42,656 nucleotides of DNA. It comes from a virus. Taxonomy: Duplodnaviria; Heunggongvirae; Uroviricota; Caudoviricetes. The translations under genes and the position numbers were made by a program. Below, piece after piece: positions 1 to 10,092 of this stretch. The DNA lies in IMG/VR virus record IMGVR_UViG_2718218168_000005. One strand, 5' to 3'. The notes under the pieces were generated by a model that had not been told where the DNA came from, searched no databases, and worked only from the letters and a program-made list of their open reading frames with translations. Position 1 is the stretch's first letter; each line of letters opens with the position of its first letter.

Positions 1-1284
1 TTACAGACTTCTGGAAGGTTGCGCAGCTCTTACAACACGCGGTTGATCTTCCGCAGCGTCTTCCAGCGCACTTAAATCACGGTCTTTCACCTCTGGCATT
101 TTCAGCGCAGAGATTAAACCAATTACTGAATATGCCATGATCATAATGGCGATCGGATACCAGGATTCCGTCATGGTGCAGAAAATACCCGCCAGGATAG
201 GACCAAAACCGGAAGCGATAAGACCACCAATTTCTTTAGAAATAGCCATCCGGGTAAAGCGGTTTTTACAGCCGAACATTTCTGCCATGGTAATGTTTTC
301 CAGAGCAAATAATCCCAGCACCGCACAGTTATGAATCACAATCAGTGCAACCATAATGGTGCTCGGGGCATAGCTTTTATCTACAATGATAGAAAGCATT
401 GGCCATGCCAGCACAATCGCGGAGGTATTCATAATAATATACGGGATCCGGCGACCAATTTTATCGGATAACCAACCAAGGAACGGAATGGTCATAAAGC
501 CGAGAATCGAACTAATCATCAATGCATCTGTTGGAATTGCTTTGTTAAACAATAACGTCTGCACTAAATAGCCTGCAAGGAAAGTCTGAATTAACCCGGA
601 GTTACCCGCCTGACCAAAACGCAGCCCTGTTGCCAGCCAGAAGGATTTGCTCTGGAACATGCTACCAGCAGGTGCAGGTTTTGCTGTGGGTTGGTTGCTG
701 TCATTAACCTTCTCAAAGACCGGGCTTTCTTTCAGATTCATACGTAACCAGATAGCAAAGACCATCACGACAACGCTCGCCAGGAACGGTATACGCCATC
801 CCCACGCCAGCAGTTCCTCTTTACTGAGAATGAAGAACATAAAGGCCCAGATTGCCGTTGCGCTCAAGGTTCCGCAGTTAGTTCCCATAGCTACAAATGA
901 GGAGATAATTCCGCGCTTACCTTTTGGTGCATATTCCGCCAGCATCGTACCGGCACCGGAAATTTCCGCACCTGCACCCAACCCCTGAATAATACGCAGC
1001 GTCACCAGCAAGATGGGGGCAAAAACACCAATCTGTGCATAGGTCGGTAACACACCAATTAAGGTGGTACAGATCCCCATCATGGTGATGGTAATAAAGA
1101 GCACTTTTTTACGCCCTATTCTGTCGCCCATTTTGCCGAAAATAAATGCTCCGACAATACGCGCCACATAACCTGCACCGTAGGTTCCCATTGCCAAAAT
1201 TAACGCCATTGCCGTTGATGATTCAGGAAAAAATATTTCATGAAACACTAACGCTGCGCCGAGCGAATATAACTGGAAATCCAT
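1..1284 (-). CDS. ydfJ: MFS transporter (metabolite:H+ symporter family); 427-aa ORF that appears N-terminally truncated at the prophage junction
   Basis: ORF-track protein has MFS motifs (GxxxDRxGRKK loop) and starts inside what aligns as TM1 of ShiA-type transporters, so about 40 N-terminal residues seem missing; in-frame TGA two codons upstream of the ATG at 1284. Confidence 0.75.
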   Translation of the reverse strand: MDFQLYSLGAALVFHEIFFPESSTAMALILAMGTYGAGYVARIVGAFIFGKMGDRIGRKKVLFITITMMGICTTLIGVLPTYAQIGVFAPILLVTLRIIQGLGAGAEISGAGTMLAEYAPKGKRGIISSFVAMGTNCGTLSATAIWAFMFFILSKEELLAWGWRIPFLASVVVMVFAIWLRMNLKESPVFEKVNDSNQPTAKPAPAGSMFQSKSFWLATGLRFGQAGNSGLIQTFLAGYLVQTLLFNKAIPTDALMISSILGFMTIPFLGWLSDKIGRRIPYIIMNTSAIVLAWPMLSIIVDKSYAPSTIMVALIVIHNCAVLGLFALENITMAEMFGCKNRFTRMAISKEIGGLIASGFGPILAGIFCTMTESWYPIAIMIMAYSVIGLISALKMPEVKDRDLSALEDAAEDQPRVVRAAQPSRSL

Positions 1285-1887
1285 AATTCACAGGTGTTTT
1301 TTCCCATCCTGTGGTTTCCTTGGCGTTTTCTAGGTTTTTTCAGATAGTTGCATTTTTTAAAAAGCATCCTAAGTTCGATCTCTGTGTCTATCTGGGGCCT
1401 ATTTCTGTCCCATATATGCCCCAAAAAAACTCCCCAACAGATAAGTAGTTTTTTCATGGATTTATGCGTAAAATCAAGAACGGCTGGAAATCATTCAATA
1501 CTCACACTATCGAAAAATTTACCAGCCAACCGCAGCACCTTCTTGCATAAGGCGTGTCTGCGGTTTTTCAACTATTCAGATACATCACTCCCATCACATT
1601 CATTCCTCCGCATCAAAGGCATATAGGCTATATCACCTTGATATTTTTCTTTTTCAGATAAAAACTGTTATCTATGTATACTTTTAAACCCAATCCGTGT
1701 AGAGTCTCTGCATAAGATAGTTTGCAGTTGCCGCTTCAGCTTGCGCCATAAACCGCCTGATTTTTGCTGCCACCTGTTAGCATTCCTGTATACCTGAAAC
1801 GACAATGTTTATCTACGAACTTTAAGAACACCCAAGATAAAAATTGTCAACTATATCATATATAACACATTACTAATTCGAGGCTAT

Positions 1888-2001
1888 ATGAACAGCATAC
1901 TGATAATCACATCTCTCCTTATCATATTCAGCATTTTTAGTCATGCCCTAATAAAATTAGGGATTGGCATATCCAATAACCCAGACAAAACCGATGTATA
2001 A
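1888..2001 (+). CDS. hypothetical small hydrophobic peptide (37 aa, [37 protein letters not shown])
   Basis: ATG preceded by AGG 5 nt upstream; single predicted TM helix; below the ORF-track size cutoff; no homolog recognised. Confidence 0.25.
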
Positions 2002-2069
2002 GTCAACATATCCTGAATCAGACATACAATATCGCAATGAAAATCAATAATATTTTAAGGAATATCTTC

Positions 2070-2303
2070 ATGAAATCAAAAGACACCCTAAAGTGGTTCC
2101 CTGCGCAGCTTCCTGAAGTAAGAATTATCCTAGGGGATGCTGTAGTGGAAGTAGCAAAACAGGGAAGACCTATCAATACCAGAACATTGCTTGATTACAT
2201 TGAAGGAAACATAAAGAAAAAATCATGGCTGGATAACAAAGAATTATTACAAACAGCGATATCAGTTCTTAAAGACAACCAAAATTTAAATGGTAAAATG
2301 TAA
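2070..2303 (+). CDS. ydfK: YdfK/YnaE-family prophage cold-shock-induced protein (77 aa)
   Basis: Protein MKSKDTLKWFPAQLPEV... matches recalled YdfK/YnaE; AAGGAA 7 nt upstream of the ATG at 2070; the ORF-track start at 2037 has no SD. Confidence 0.8.
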   Translation: MKSKDTLKWFPAQLPEVRIILGDAVVEVAKQGRPINTRTLLDYIEGNIKKKSWLDNKELLQTAISVLKDNQNLNGKM

Positions 2304-2619
2304 TATAATAAACTTACTTTTTTATCATTTTTCCACTTTAACAACATTTTGCTCCTCTTTTCCACGACCAAACAACTTGAAATCTGGTTAAAATAACACG
2401 CAACACTATTCTTCTTCCTTGAGTCCGCCCGGAACTCGAAAAACAAACCGAGTTAAAGCCATTTTTCACAAAATCGATTTTGGGTCTCACCAAAATTACG
2501 GGGTTGCATACGCATTCGTTTATTTTCGAACGTGTACATACAAATATGCACAAAAATAATCATAATTATTTTCTGAGATGCATTATGATATGAACACCAA
2601 TTTCGTATAGAGTCTCACT

Positions 2620-3210
2620 ATGTCTCAAATTTTTGCTTACTGTCGGATATCAACGCTGGATCAGACCACCGAAAATCAACGCCGGGAAATCGAAAGTGCA
2701 GGTTTTAAAATCAAACCTCAGCAAATAATCGAAGAACACATTAGCGGCTCAGCAGCAACCAGTGAGCGTCCTGGTTTTAACCGGTTGCTTGCTCGCCTGA
2801 AATGTGGTGATCAATTGATTGTGACAAAACTGGATCGCCTTGGTTGTAATGCAATGGATATCAGGAAAACAGTGGAACAACTGACCGAAACAGGTATCAG
2901 AGTGCATTGCTTAGCATTGGGGGGCATTGACCTGACCAGTCCAACAGGAAAAATGATGATGCAAGTAATTTCAGCAGTCGCTGAATTTGAACGAGACCTT
3001 TTACTTGAACGCACTCATTCCGGGATAGTAAGAGCCCGCGGCGCAGGGAAACGTTTTGGTCGACCACCTGTGTTAAATGAAGAACAGAAACAGGTGGTAT
3101 TCGAACGAATTAAGTCAGGTGTAAGTATAAGTGCCATTGCCCGGGAATTCAAAACCTCGCGGCAAACCATTTTAAGAGCCAAAGCAAAACTTCAGACACC
3201 TGACATATAA
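2620..3210 (+). CDS. pinQ: Serine recombinase, Pin/Gin/Hin DNA-invertase family (196 aa)
   Basis: N-terminal catalytic motif YCRISTLDQ and C-terminal HTH typical of Din invertases; position next to ydfK as in Qin/Rac. Confidence 0.9.
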   Translation: MSQIFAYCRISTLDQTTENQRREIESAGFKIKPQQIIEEHISGSAATSERPGFNRLLARLKCGDQLIVTKLDRLGCNAMDIRKTVEQLTETGIRVHCLALGGIDLTSPTGKMMMQVISAVAEFERDLLLERTHSGIVRARGAGKRFGRPPVLNEEQKQVVFERIKSGVSISAIAREFKTSRQTILRAKAKLQTPDI

Positions 3211-3283
3211 AAAATAATCTCGGTGTGAGATGCTTTACGTCTTCCAAGCCCCCTGATCCTACCCACGTAATATGGACACAGGC

Positions 3284-4150
3284 CTAAGCGAGGTTCTTGT
3301 TTTCAAATTGTTCCGGACTGAGGCCGCCACACCAACTGTGCCGCCGCCACCGATTGTAATCACATTCGATATAATTAAACACCGTTGCCCGCATTATTTC
3401 CCGGCTGATAAAGTGTTCTCCATGGATACATTCCACTTTCAGCGAATGAAAGAAGCTTTCCACGCAGGCATTATCGTAGCAGCAACCTTTTGCGCTCATA
3501 CTTCCACGCAGATTATGCCGCTTCAGTTGCGCCTGATAATCTGCTGAACAGTACTGGCCTCCACGGTCCGTGTGAACGATAACGTTCCGGGGCCTCTTAC
3601 GCCGCCACAGCGCCATCTGCAGGGCATCGCAGGCCAGTTGCGCCGTCATGCGTGGCGACATTGACCAGCCAATAACGGCACGTGACCACAGGTCAATGAC
3701 CACTGCCAGATACAGCCAGCCTTCATCTGTACGTAAGTACGTGATGTCTCCTGCCCACTTCTGGTTCGGGCCACTGGCGTAAAAATCCTGCTCCAACAGA
3801 TTTTCTGACACAGGCAGGCCGTGTGCGCGGTAGCTGACCGGGCTGAACTTCCGGGAGGCCTTTGCCCTCAGTCCCTGACGGCGCAGGCTTGCCGCCACGG
3901 TTTTTACGTTAAAGGGGTAACCCTGAGCACGCAGTTCATCCGTCAGGCGTGGGGCACCGTAACGCTGTTTTGACCGGGTAAAAGCCGCGAGGACAACGCT
4001 GTCGCAGTGTTGGCGGAACTGCTGACGCGTGCTTATCCTTGTCCGCCGCTGACACCACGTATACCAGCCGCTGCGGGCCACCCGGAGCACGCGGCACATT
4101 GCTTTGATGCTGAACTCAGCCTGATGTTTTTCAATAAAGACATACTTCAT
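3284..4150 (-). CDS. insF: IS3 transposase OrfB (DDE/rve catalytic domain), normally made as OrfAB by -1 frameshift
   Basis: 288-aa ORF matching recalled IS3 InsF. Confidence 0.9.
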
Positions 4151-4446
4151 TTCAGGCGCTTCGCGAAGTATGTCGCGGCCTTTTGGAGGATAGCCAGCTC
4201 TTCATCCCGTTCTGCCAGCTGGCGTTTGAGACGTGCAATCTCGGTAGACATCTCCAGTTCACGTTCAGAAGACGTCTGCTGATTTTGCTGTTTACTGCGC
4301 CAGTTGTAGAGCTGTGATTCATACAGGCTGAGTTCACGGGCTGCGGCAGTAACACCGATGCGTTCAGCAAGCTTCAGGGCTTCACTGCGAAATTCAGGCG
4401 AATGCTGTTTACGGGGTTTTTTACTGGTTGATACTGTTTTTGTCAT
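4147..4446 (-). CDS. insE: IS3 OrfA (HTH DNA-binding protein, 99 aa)
   Basis: [31 protein letters not shown]... matches IS3 InsE; start taken at MTKTV. Confidence 0.9.
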
Positions 4447-4511
4447 GTGAGTCACCTCTGACTGAGAGTTTACTCACTTAGCCGCGTGTCCACTATTGCT
4501 GGGTAAGATCA

Positions 4512-4683
4512 TCCCATCACTGTCCAGCACCGACGTACTGTTCAGCAGCACGCTTTTTAATCCATCCACCGGACCTTCAATCGGCCCTTCACTGATGGCA
4601 TCAATCACACTCAGCAACTGCGTGGACTTCAGGTTGTCCTTCGCTTCGCGCGGGGTATGCCCCTTACTGCTTCCTTTACCCAT
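4512..4683 (-). pseudogene. J: Lambda J-like tail tip/host-specificity gene, first ~57 codons only, truncated by IS3
   Basis: MGKGSSKGHTPREAKDNLKSTQLLSVIDAISEGPIEGPVDGLKSVLLNST... matches the lambda gpJ N-terminus; reading frame then enters the IS3 end at 4511. Confidence 0.9.
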
Positions 4684-4743
4684 TCCTCACGCTCCATAAA
4701 CGACAAAACCGCCCGCAGGCGGTTTCACATAAAACATTTTGCA

Positions 4744-5415
4744 TCAGCGACCAATCACCACAACCTGACCACCGTCCCCTTCGTCTGCCGTGCTGATCTC
4801 CTGAGAAACCACGCGTGACCCCACGCGCATTTCCCCGTACAGAACAGGCAGAACATTGCCCTGGGCAACCATGTTATCCAGTGAGGAGAAATAGGTGTTC
4901 TGCTTACCGTTATCCGTTGTCTGTGTACGGGGAGTTCTGGCTTTCGGTGCCAGCATCTGCGCCACACCACCGAGCACCATACTGGCACCGAGAGAAAACA
5001 GGATGCCGGTCATACCACCGGCCCCAATGGCTGCCCCCCATGCTGCAAGGGTGGCTCCGGCGGTAAAGAATGATCCGGCAATGGCGGCAGCCCCCAGGAC
5101 AATCTGGAATACGCCACCTGACTTGGCCCCGGCGACTCTGGGAACAATATGAATCACAGCGCCATCAGGCAGAGTCTCATGTAACTGCGCCGTTAACCCG
5201 GACGTGCTGACGTCCCGCCCGGCAATCCGTACCTGATACCAGCCGTCGCTCAGTTTCTGACGAAACGCCGGGAGCTGTGTGGCCAGTGCCCGGATGGCTT
5301 CAGCCCCCGTTTTCACACGAAGGTCGATGCGGCGACCAAATCGTTGTAAATCCCCGTAAAGGCAGATGCGCGCCATGCCCGGTGACGCCAGAGGGAGTGT
5401 GTGCGTCGCTGCCAT
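4744..5415 (-). CDS. I: Tail assembly protein I (223 aa)
   Basis: Matches lambda gpI in sequence and position. Confidence 0.9.
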   Translation of the reverse strand: MAATHTLPLASPGMARICLYGDLQRFGRRIDLRVKTGAEAIRALATQLPAFRQKLSDGWYQVRIAGRDVSTSGLTAQLHETLPDGAVIHIVPRVAGAKSGGVFQIVLGAAAIAGSFFTAGATLAAWGAAIGAGGMTGILFSLGASMVLGGVAQMLAPKARTPRTQTTDNGKQNTYFSSLDNMVAQGNVLPVLYGEMRVGSRVVSQEISTADEGDGGQVVVIGR

Positions 5416-6056
5416 TTGTCGGTGTACCTCTCTCGTTTGCTCAGTTGTTCAGGAATATGGTGCAGCAGCTCGCCGTCGCCGCAGTAAATTGCGGCGTGAT
5501 TCGGCACCGATGAACCAAAACAGCACAGCAGCACATCGCCCGGCTGTGCCGCTGACAACGGCACCTGATACAGCCCTGTGGCCTCCAGATTATCCAGATA
5601 GAGATTCTGGCCGTTACGCCACCAGTCATCCTCACGATGAAAGGCCGGCATCTCAATCCCCGCCAGATGATAAGCATCCCGGAACAGTGTGTAACAGTCC
5701 GTCACACCGTGCTCAAAGCGCCGCCCGGTGAGATGCGGCACACAGCGGAACTTATGAATCGTCCCCCGGCAGACCAGCCACCACGGCAAATCACTCTGCA
5801 CCTGCAGCCGCCGGTCGGCCTCACTCAGCCAGGGCAGACCACCGGGGTGGCTGTGGACCAGCGCCACAATCTCACCCTGCATTTCTGCCTGCAGCCAGTC
5901 TTCCGGCGACATACGGAAATACGCCTCCGGCTCACCGGAGATATTCACGCAGGGGAAATATCTTTCCCCCTCCGGCGTGCTTACCACGAAGCCGCACGAC
6001 TCCGCTGGCGCACATCGCCGGGCGTGCGCCAGAATCGCTGATTCTGTCTGTGTCAT
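5313..6056 (-). CDS. K: Tail assembly protein K (MPN/JAB plus NlpC/P60-like); 247-aa ORF, classical 199-aa lambda start would be 5912
   Basis: Matches lambda gpK; HSHP metal-binding motif present; ORF extends 48 codons upstream of the classical start and abuts L. Confidence 0.85.
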   Translation of the reverse strand: MTQTESAILAHARRCAPAESCGFVVSTPEGERYFPCVNISGEPEAYFRMSPEDWLQAEMQGEIVALVHSHPGGLPWLSEADRRLQVQSDLPWWLVCRGTIHKFRCVPHLTGRRFEHGVTDCYTLFRDAYHLAGIEMPAFHREDDWWRNGQNLYLDNLEATGLYQVPLSAAQPGDVLLCCFGSSVPNHAAIYCGDGELLHHIPEQLSKRERYTDKWQRRTHSLWRHRAWRASAFTGIYNDLVAASTFV

Positions 6057-6061
6057 GGGAT

Positions 6062-6760
6062 TTACTGCGAAAGTTTGTTAATGGAAAGGAAGCCGCCAAA
6101 GTTGCCGACGTTATTGCGGAACTTACAACCGCTCAGGCATTTGCTGCATTTATCCTTCGTGATATCGGACGTTGGCTGGTCATATTCATCCGCGACAGCC
6201 GGACCGCTATAACCGCACTCGTCACCGCGATAGGTCCAGGTGCAGGTGTTGGCCAGCATGATACGTCCCGGAAAAACAGCGCCATCCGTTTCCGTCGGCG
6301 TGGACAGTACAAAGGAGGCACTCACCGCGCTCAGTTCGCTGCACTGCTCAATGCGCCAGCGGCTGATCACCTCCTGCTCCGGATCGGCGCCACTGTTTCC
6401 GTTGACGAAGTTCACCGCATCCAGAAAACGGGCGTAAACCTTACGCCGGACCACCGTTCCACCGACCAGACTCTGCAGATCTTCCGCCATCCCGGTGACC
6501 ATACCGTACAGGTTAGAAACCGTCAGTGTGGGGCGCGTACTGGTGCCTTTGCCATTCAGTTCAAAACCACTCCCCTGAATGGGATACGGCTGATACTGTC
6601 GCCCCTGCCAGGTGACCGGCTCACCTTTTTCGTTCTGCTCATTACAGAAAAAATAACGTTCTCCACCGACCTCTGTCAGGTCGATTTCCCAGAGCACCAC
6701 GCTGGCCGACTGCTCCGCACGGGTGCATTCATTCAGTGTTTCCTGCCGGATATCCTGCAT
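6062..6760 (-). CDS. L: Minor tail protein L (232 aa)
   Basis: Matches lambda gpL; C-terminal Cys cluster. Confidence 0.92.
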   Translation of the reverse strand: MQDIRQETLNECTRAEQSASVVLWEIDLTEVGGERYFFCNEQNEKGEPVTWQGRQYQPYPIQGSGFELNGKGTSTRPTLTVSNLYGMVTGMAEDLQSLVGGTVVRRKVYARFLDAVNFVNGNSGADPEQEVISRWRIEQCSELSAVSASFVLSTPTETDGAVFPGRIMLANTCTWTYRGDECGYSGPAVADEYDQPTSDITKDKCSKCLSGCKFRNNVGNFGGFLSINKLSQ

Positions 6761-7089
6761 CAGTTCACCACCTGTTCAAACTCTGCGCTGAACTCAACAC
6801 GCAGCATACTGACCCGCGACGACCATTTTGCGCAGGTCACCTTTATCTGCCGCCACTCATAAGGCGGCGTCCACAGAAAGGCTTTCCAGCCCCCGTGCTC
6901 TTCCAGAAACGACTCCAGTACCGTGGCCTCCTCACGGGGGACAGAAAGCGTCACGCTGTACGTTTTCAGGTTGGCATTCAGCCCGGCAGGCGCTCGCTGG
7001 GAATAGCCATCACCAAAGCGCACCTTTCTTACAGAAGGGGCCGAAGCCACATCCATACCGGGTTTCACTTTCCAGCGGAAGGTTTTCAT
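6760..7089 (-). CDS. M: Minor tail protein M (109 aa)
   Basis: Matches lambda gpM. Confidence 0.92.
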   Translation of the reverse strand: MKTFRWKVKPGMDVASAPSVRKVRFGDGYSQRAPAGLNANLKTYSVTLSVPREEATVLESFLEEHGGWKAFLWTPPYEWRQIKVTCAKWSSRVSMLRVEFSAEFEQVVN

Positions 7090-9665
7090 CGTCCACCTCC
7101 GGAGAACAGACCACCATCGCGCATCTGTGCCTGGATTTCATCACGGGCACCCTTGCGGGCCATGTCATACACCGCCTTCATCATCTGTGGACCTGGCAGA
7201 CCATTCGTACCGTCGTTCTGAATCACCACGTGATTGTTCTGATTAAAATTAATGCCTTCAGCCCGCCGCATCTGCGCCGGACTTCCGGCACCGCCCACAT
7301 AACCACCTTCCGCATAGCCCCGCATCAGGCGGTACAGGTTGCCGACACCAATCCGGCTGGTTGCCTCCTTCGTGAAGACAAATTCACCACGGTGAACAAT
7401 CCCCGCTGGCTCATATTTGCCGCCGGTTCCCGTAAATCCCCCGGTCGCAAAATGGAATTTCGCCGCAGCGGCCTGAATGGCTGTACCGCCTGACGCGGAT
7501 GCGCCGCCACCAACAGCCCCGCCAATGGCGTTGCCGATACTCCCGACAATCCCCACCATTGCCTGCTTAAGCAGAATTTCTGTCATCATGGACAGCACGG
7601 AGCGGGTGAAGCTGCGCCAGTTCTGTTCACTGCCGGTCAGCATCGCCGCCATATTCTGCGCAATACCATCAAAGGTCTGCGTGGCTGCACTTTTAACCTG
7701 CGACATACTGTCCGTGGCACTCTCTTTCCACTCGCTCCAGCCGGACCTGAGGCCTGCCATCCAGTTCCCGCGAAGCAGGTCTTCAGCCGCCCAGGTCTTT
7801 TTCTGCTCTGACATGACGTTATTCAGCGCCAGAGGATTATCGCCATACTGTTCCTTCAGGCGCTGTTCCGTGGCTTCCCGTTCTGCCTGCCGGTCAGTCA
7901 GCCCCCGGCTTTTCGCATCAATAGCGGCCCGTTTTGCCCGTTGCTGCTGTGCGAATTTATCCGCCTGCTGCGCCAGCGCGTTCAGGCGCTCCTGATACGT
8001 AACCTTGTCGCCAAGTGCAGCCAGCTGGCGTTTGTACTCCAGCGTCTCATCTTTATGCGCCAGCAGGGATTTCTCCTGTGCAGACAGCTGGCGACGTTGC
8101 GCCGCCTCCTCCAGTACCGCGAACTGACTCTCCGCCTTCCACAAATCCCGGCGCTGCTGGCTGATTTTCTCATTTGCTCCGGCATGCTTCTCCAGCGTCC
8201 GGAGTTCTGCCTGAAGCGTCAGCAGGGCAGCATGAGCACTGTCTTCCTGACGATCGCCCGCAGACACCTTCACGCCGGACTGTTTCGGCTTTTTCAGCGT
8301 CGCTTCATAGTCCTTTTTCGCCGCCGCCATCAGCGTGTTGTAATCTGCCTGCAGAATTTTCCCGTCCTTCAGTGACTTGTTCAGTTCTTCCTGACGGGCG
8401 GTATATTTCTCCAGCGGCGTCTGCAGGCGTTCGTAAGCCTTCTGCGCCTCTTCGGTATATTTCAGCCGTGATGCCTCAGACTCGGCCCAGTCCTTTGCTG
8501 CCATCTCTCTGGCCTTTTCAAGATCGGCCTGCAACGTGGCGGCTGAAAGCCCAAGTTGCGCATTCGCTCTCTTCTCCCATGCTCCCCGGAGATTGGCAAG
8601 AAATGCTGAGGTTTTACCGCGCCGGTGGCTCCGGCTCTGATACCACTGCCATTTTTTGTCCGCCTCATCAAAAGCCTTTTCTGCTTTCTCCAGCATTCCC
8701 TGGGCAGTGTCCGGGCGACCAATATCCAGCACCGAATCCCACATGGATTTGAATGCCCGTGCTGTCCTGTCTGCCCAGGTCTCCAGCGTGCCCATGTTCT
8801 CTTTCAGGCGGCGGGTCTGGTCATCAAACCCTTTCGTTGCGGCCTCGTTCGCCGCCTGCAATGCCCCGGCTTCATCTCCGGAACGCTGCAACTGAGCAAC
8901 ATACGCAATCTGCTCCGCCGTCACGTTATGGAACTGACGTGCCATCGCTGTCAGTCCCGACGTCGGGTCTGTGGTCAGCTTCCCGAAGGCTTCAGCGACC
9001 TTGTCCACCTCCACGCCGGATGCAGAGGAGAAACGCGCCACACTCTGGCTGATCGCCTCAAACTGCTCACCACCACGCACACCGGCATTCACCAGCGCCG
9101 TCAGTGACTCGCTGGTCTGGTTAAACGTCAGCCCTGCCGCCTGCCCGGCTCTGGACAGGACCAGCATACGATCTGCCGTCAGTCCCGCCTGATTGCCGGA
9201 AAGGACCAGCGTTTTGTTGAAATCGGACAGGGTTGAGTTGCCCTGATACCAGGCATACGCCAGCGCACCGGTCGCCACCGCCAGCGAGGTGGCCCCCACC
9301 ATCGGCAGGGTGATCGCACCGGCAAGCCCCCTGAACATGGGGATCATCCCGCCGAAGGAGTCCTTAACCTGACCACCCTGTTGCAGCAGGATCAGCCACG
9401 GGCTTTGCCCGCCTGCAAGCTGCGTGGCCACGTCGGTGAACTGTGCAGGCAGCATACGCATGGCGGCTTTATACTGCCCGACGGAAATCCCCGCTTTCTG
9501 TGCAGCCAGCGCCTGTCGGCTCAGCGACTGTTCAACGACTGCCGCTGTTTTTTTCGCATCAGTTTCCGTACCGGAAAAATGACGCCTGACTCTGGCCATC
9601 TGCTCGTCAAATCTGGCCGCATCCAGACTTAAATCAACGACCAGATCGCCTACCGGTTCAGCCAT
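7086..9665 (-). CDS. H: Tail tape measure protein H (859 aa)
   Basis: Matches lambda gpH at both ends, with a divergent central segment. Confidence 0.92.
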   Translation of the reverse strand: MAEPVGDLVVDLSLDAARFDEQMARVRRHFSGTETDAKKTAAVVEQSLSRQALAAQKAGISVGQYKAAMRMLPAQFTDVATQLAGGQSPWLILLQQGGQVKDSFGGMIPMFRGLAGAITLPMVGATSLAVATGALAYAWYQGNSTLSDFNKTLVLSGNQAGLTADRMLVLSRAGQAAGLTFNQTSESLTALVNAGVRGGEQFEAISQSVARFSSASGVEVDKVAEAFGKLTTDPTSGLTAMARQFHNVTAEQIAYVAQLQRSGDEAGALQAANEAATKGFDDQTRRLKENMGTLETWADRTARAFKSMWDSVLDIGRPDTAQGMLEKAEKAFDEADKKWQWYQSRSHRRGKTSAFLANLRGAWEKRANAQLGLSAATLQADLEKAREMAAKDWAESEASRLKYTEEAQKAYERLQTPLEKYTARQEELNKSLKDGKILQADYNTLMAAAKKDYEATLKKPKQSGVKVSAGDRQEDSAHAALLTLQAELRTLEKHAGANEKISQQRRDLWKAESQFAVLEEAAQRRQLSAQEKSLLAHKDETLEYKRQLAALGDKVTYQERLNALAQQADKFAQQQRAKRAAIDAKSRGLTDRQAEREATEQRLKEQYGDNPLALNNVMSEQKKTWAAEDLLRGNWMAGLRSGWSEWKESATDSMSQVKSAATQTFDGIAQNMAAMLTGSEQNWRSFTRSVLSMMTEILLKQAMVGIVGSIGNAIGGAVGGGASASGGTAIQAAAAKFHFATGGFTGTGGKYEPAGIVHRGEFVFTKEATSRIGVGNLYRLMRGYAEGGYVGGAGSPAQMRRAEGINFNQNNHVVIQNDGTNGLPGPQMMKAVYDMARKGARDEIQAQMRDGGLFSGGGR

Positions 9666-10092
9666 ACCGGACTCCTCCTGCGATCCCTTCTGATACTGTC
9701 ATCAGCATTACGTCATCCTCCGTCATGTCCGCCACATCCGGGGAAGCGGGGATAACTTCATTCCCGTCCGGGCCAAAACGAACGCCTCCGGCAAGCCCTG
9801 CCGCTTTCTGCATCAGCACATCATCTTCAGGCTCTTCGTCAGCCTCGCGCCGGTTCAGCAGACTGAAATCCAGCGGATGCATCTCCGGATCGCTGAAAAA
9901 CAGGCTGAGCACGGTGTACGTCAGCCCGGAAAAGTGCATATCCAGCAGAACATCATGAAAATAATGGGTACTGTAAAAGCGGTGCCAGTCGGCATACTCC
10001 GTGGATGACATCCCGGCAAGCATGGCGCGCCAGTCGGGTCGCCCCATCTCACGCGCCAGTTTCAGGGCAAAACTCAGCTCACCGTCGAACAC
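9658..10092 (-). CDS. T: T segment of the G-T tail assembly chaperone, expressed by -1 frameshift from G
   Basis: ORF matches lambda gpT and overlaps the 3' end of G. Confidence 0.85.
   Translation of the reverse strand: MFDGELSFALKLAREMGRPDWRAMLAGMSSTEYADWHRFYSTHYFHDVLLDMHFSGLTYTVLSLFFSDPEMHPLDFSLLNRREADEEPEDDVLMQKAAGLAGGVRFGPDGNEVIPASPDVADMTEDDVMLMTVSEGIAGGVRYG

Larger units (their letters stand above)
3254..4511 (-). mobile_element. IS3: IS3 insertion sequence, complete 1258-bp copy
   Basis: Terminal inverted repeats TGATCCTACCCACG... at 3254 and ...GCTGGGTAAGATCA ending 4511; contains insE/insF; flanking triplets ccc and tcc are not a matching duplication. Confidence 0.95.

Noticed and set aside
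1348-1626. 92-aa plus-strand ORF in the junction region
   Set aside because: No ribosome-binding site, Ser/Leu-rich low-complexity translation, sits in an AT-rich leader/junction; probably non-coding
2304-2619. Possible Din-invertase crossover (gix/pix-like) site upstream of pin, around 2437..2460 (AAACCGAG core)
   Set aside because: Only a partial match to one half-site and no inverted partner; in this gene arrangement the invertible segment would lie on the other side of pin, where IS3 now sits
6050-9107. Long plus-strand ORFs antisense to the tail genes (for example 6050..6862, 270 aa; 7477..7995; 8174..8752; 8625..9107)
   Set aside because: They lie entirely inside well-supported lambda-type tail genes on the other strand, are Arg/Pro/Ser-rich with low complexity and have no ribosome-binding sites; typical of spurious antisense frames in GC-rich coding DNA
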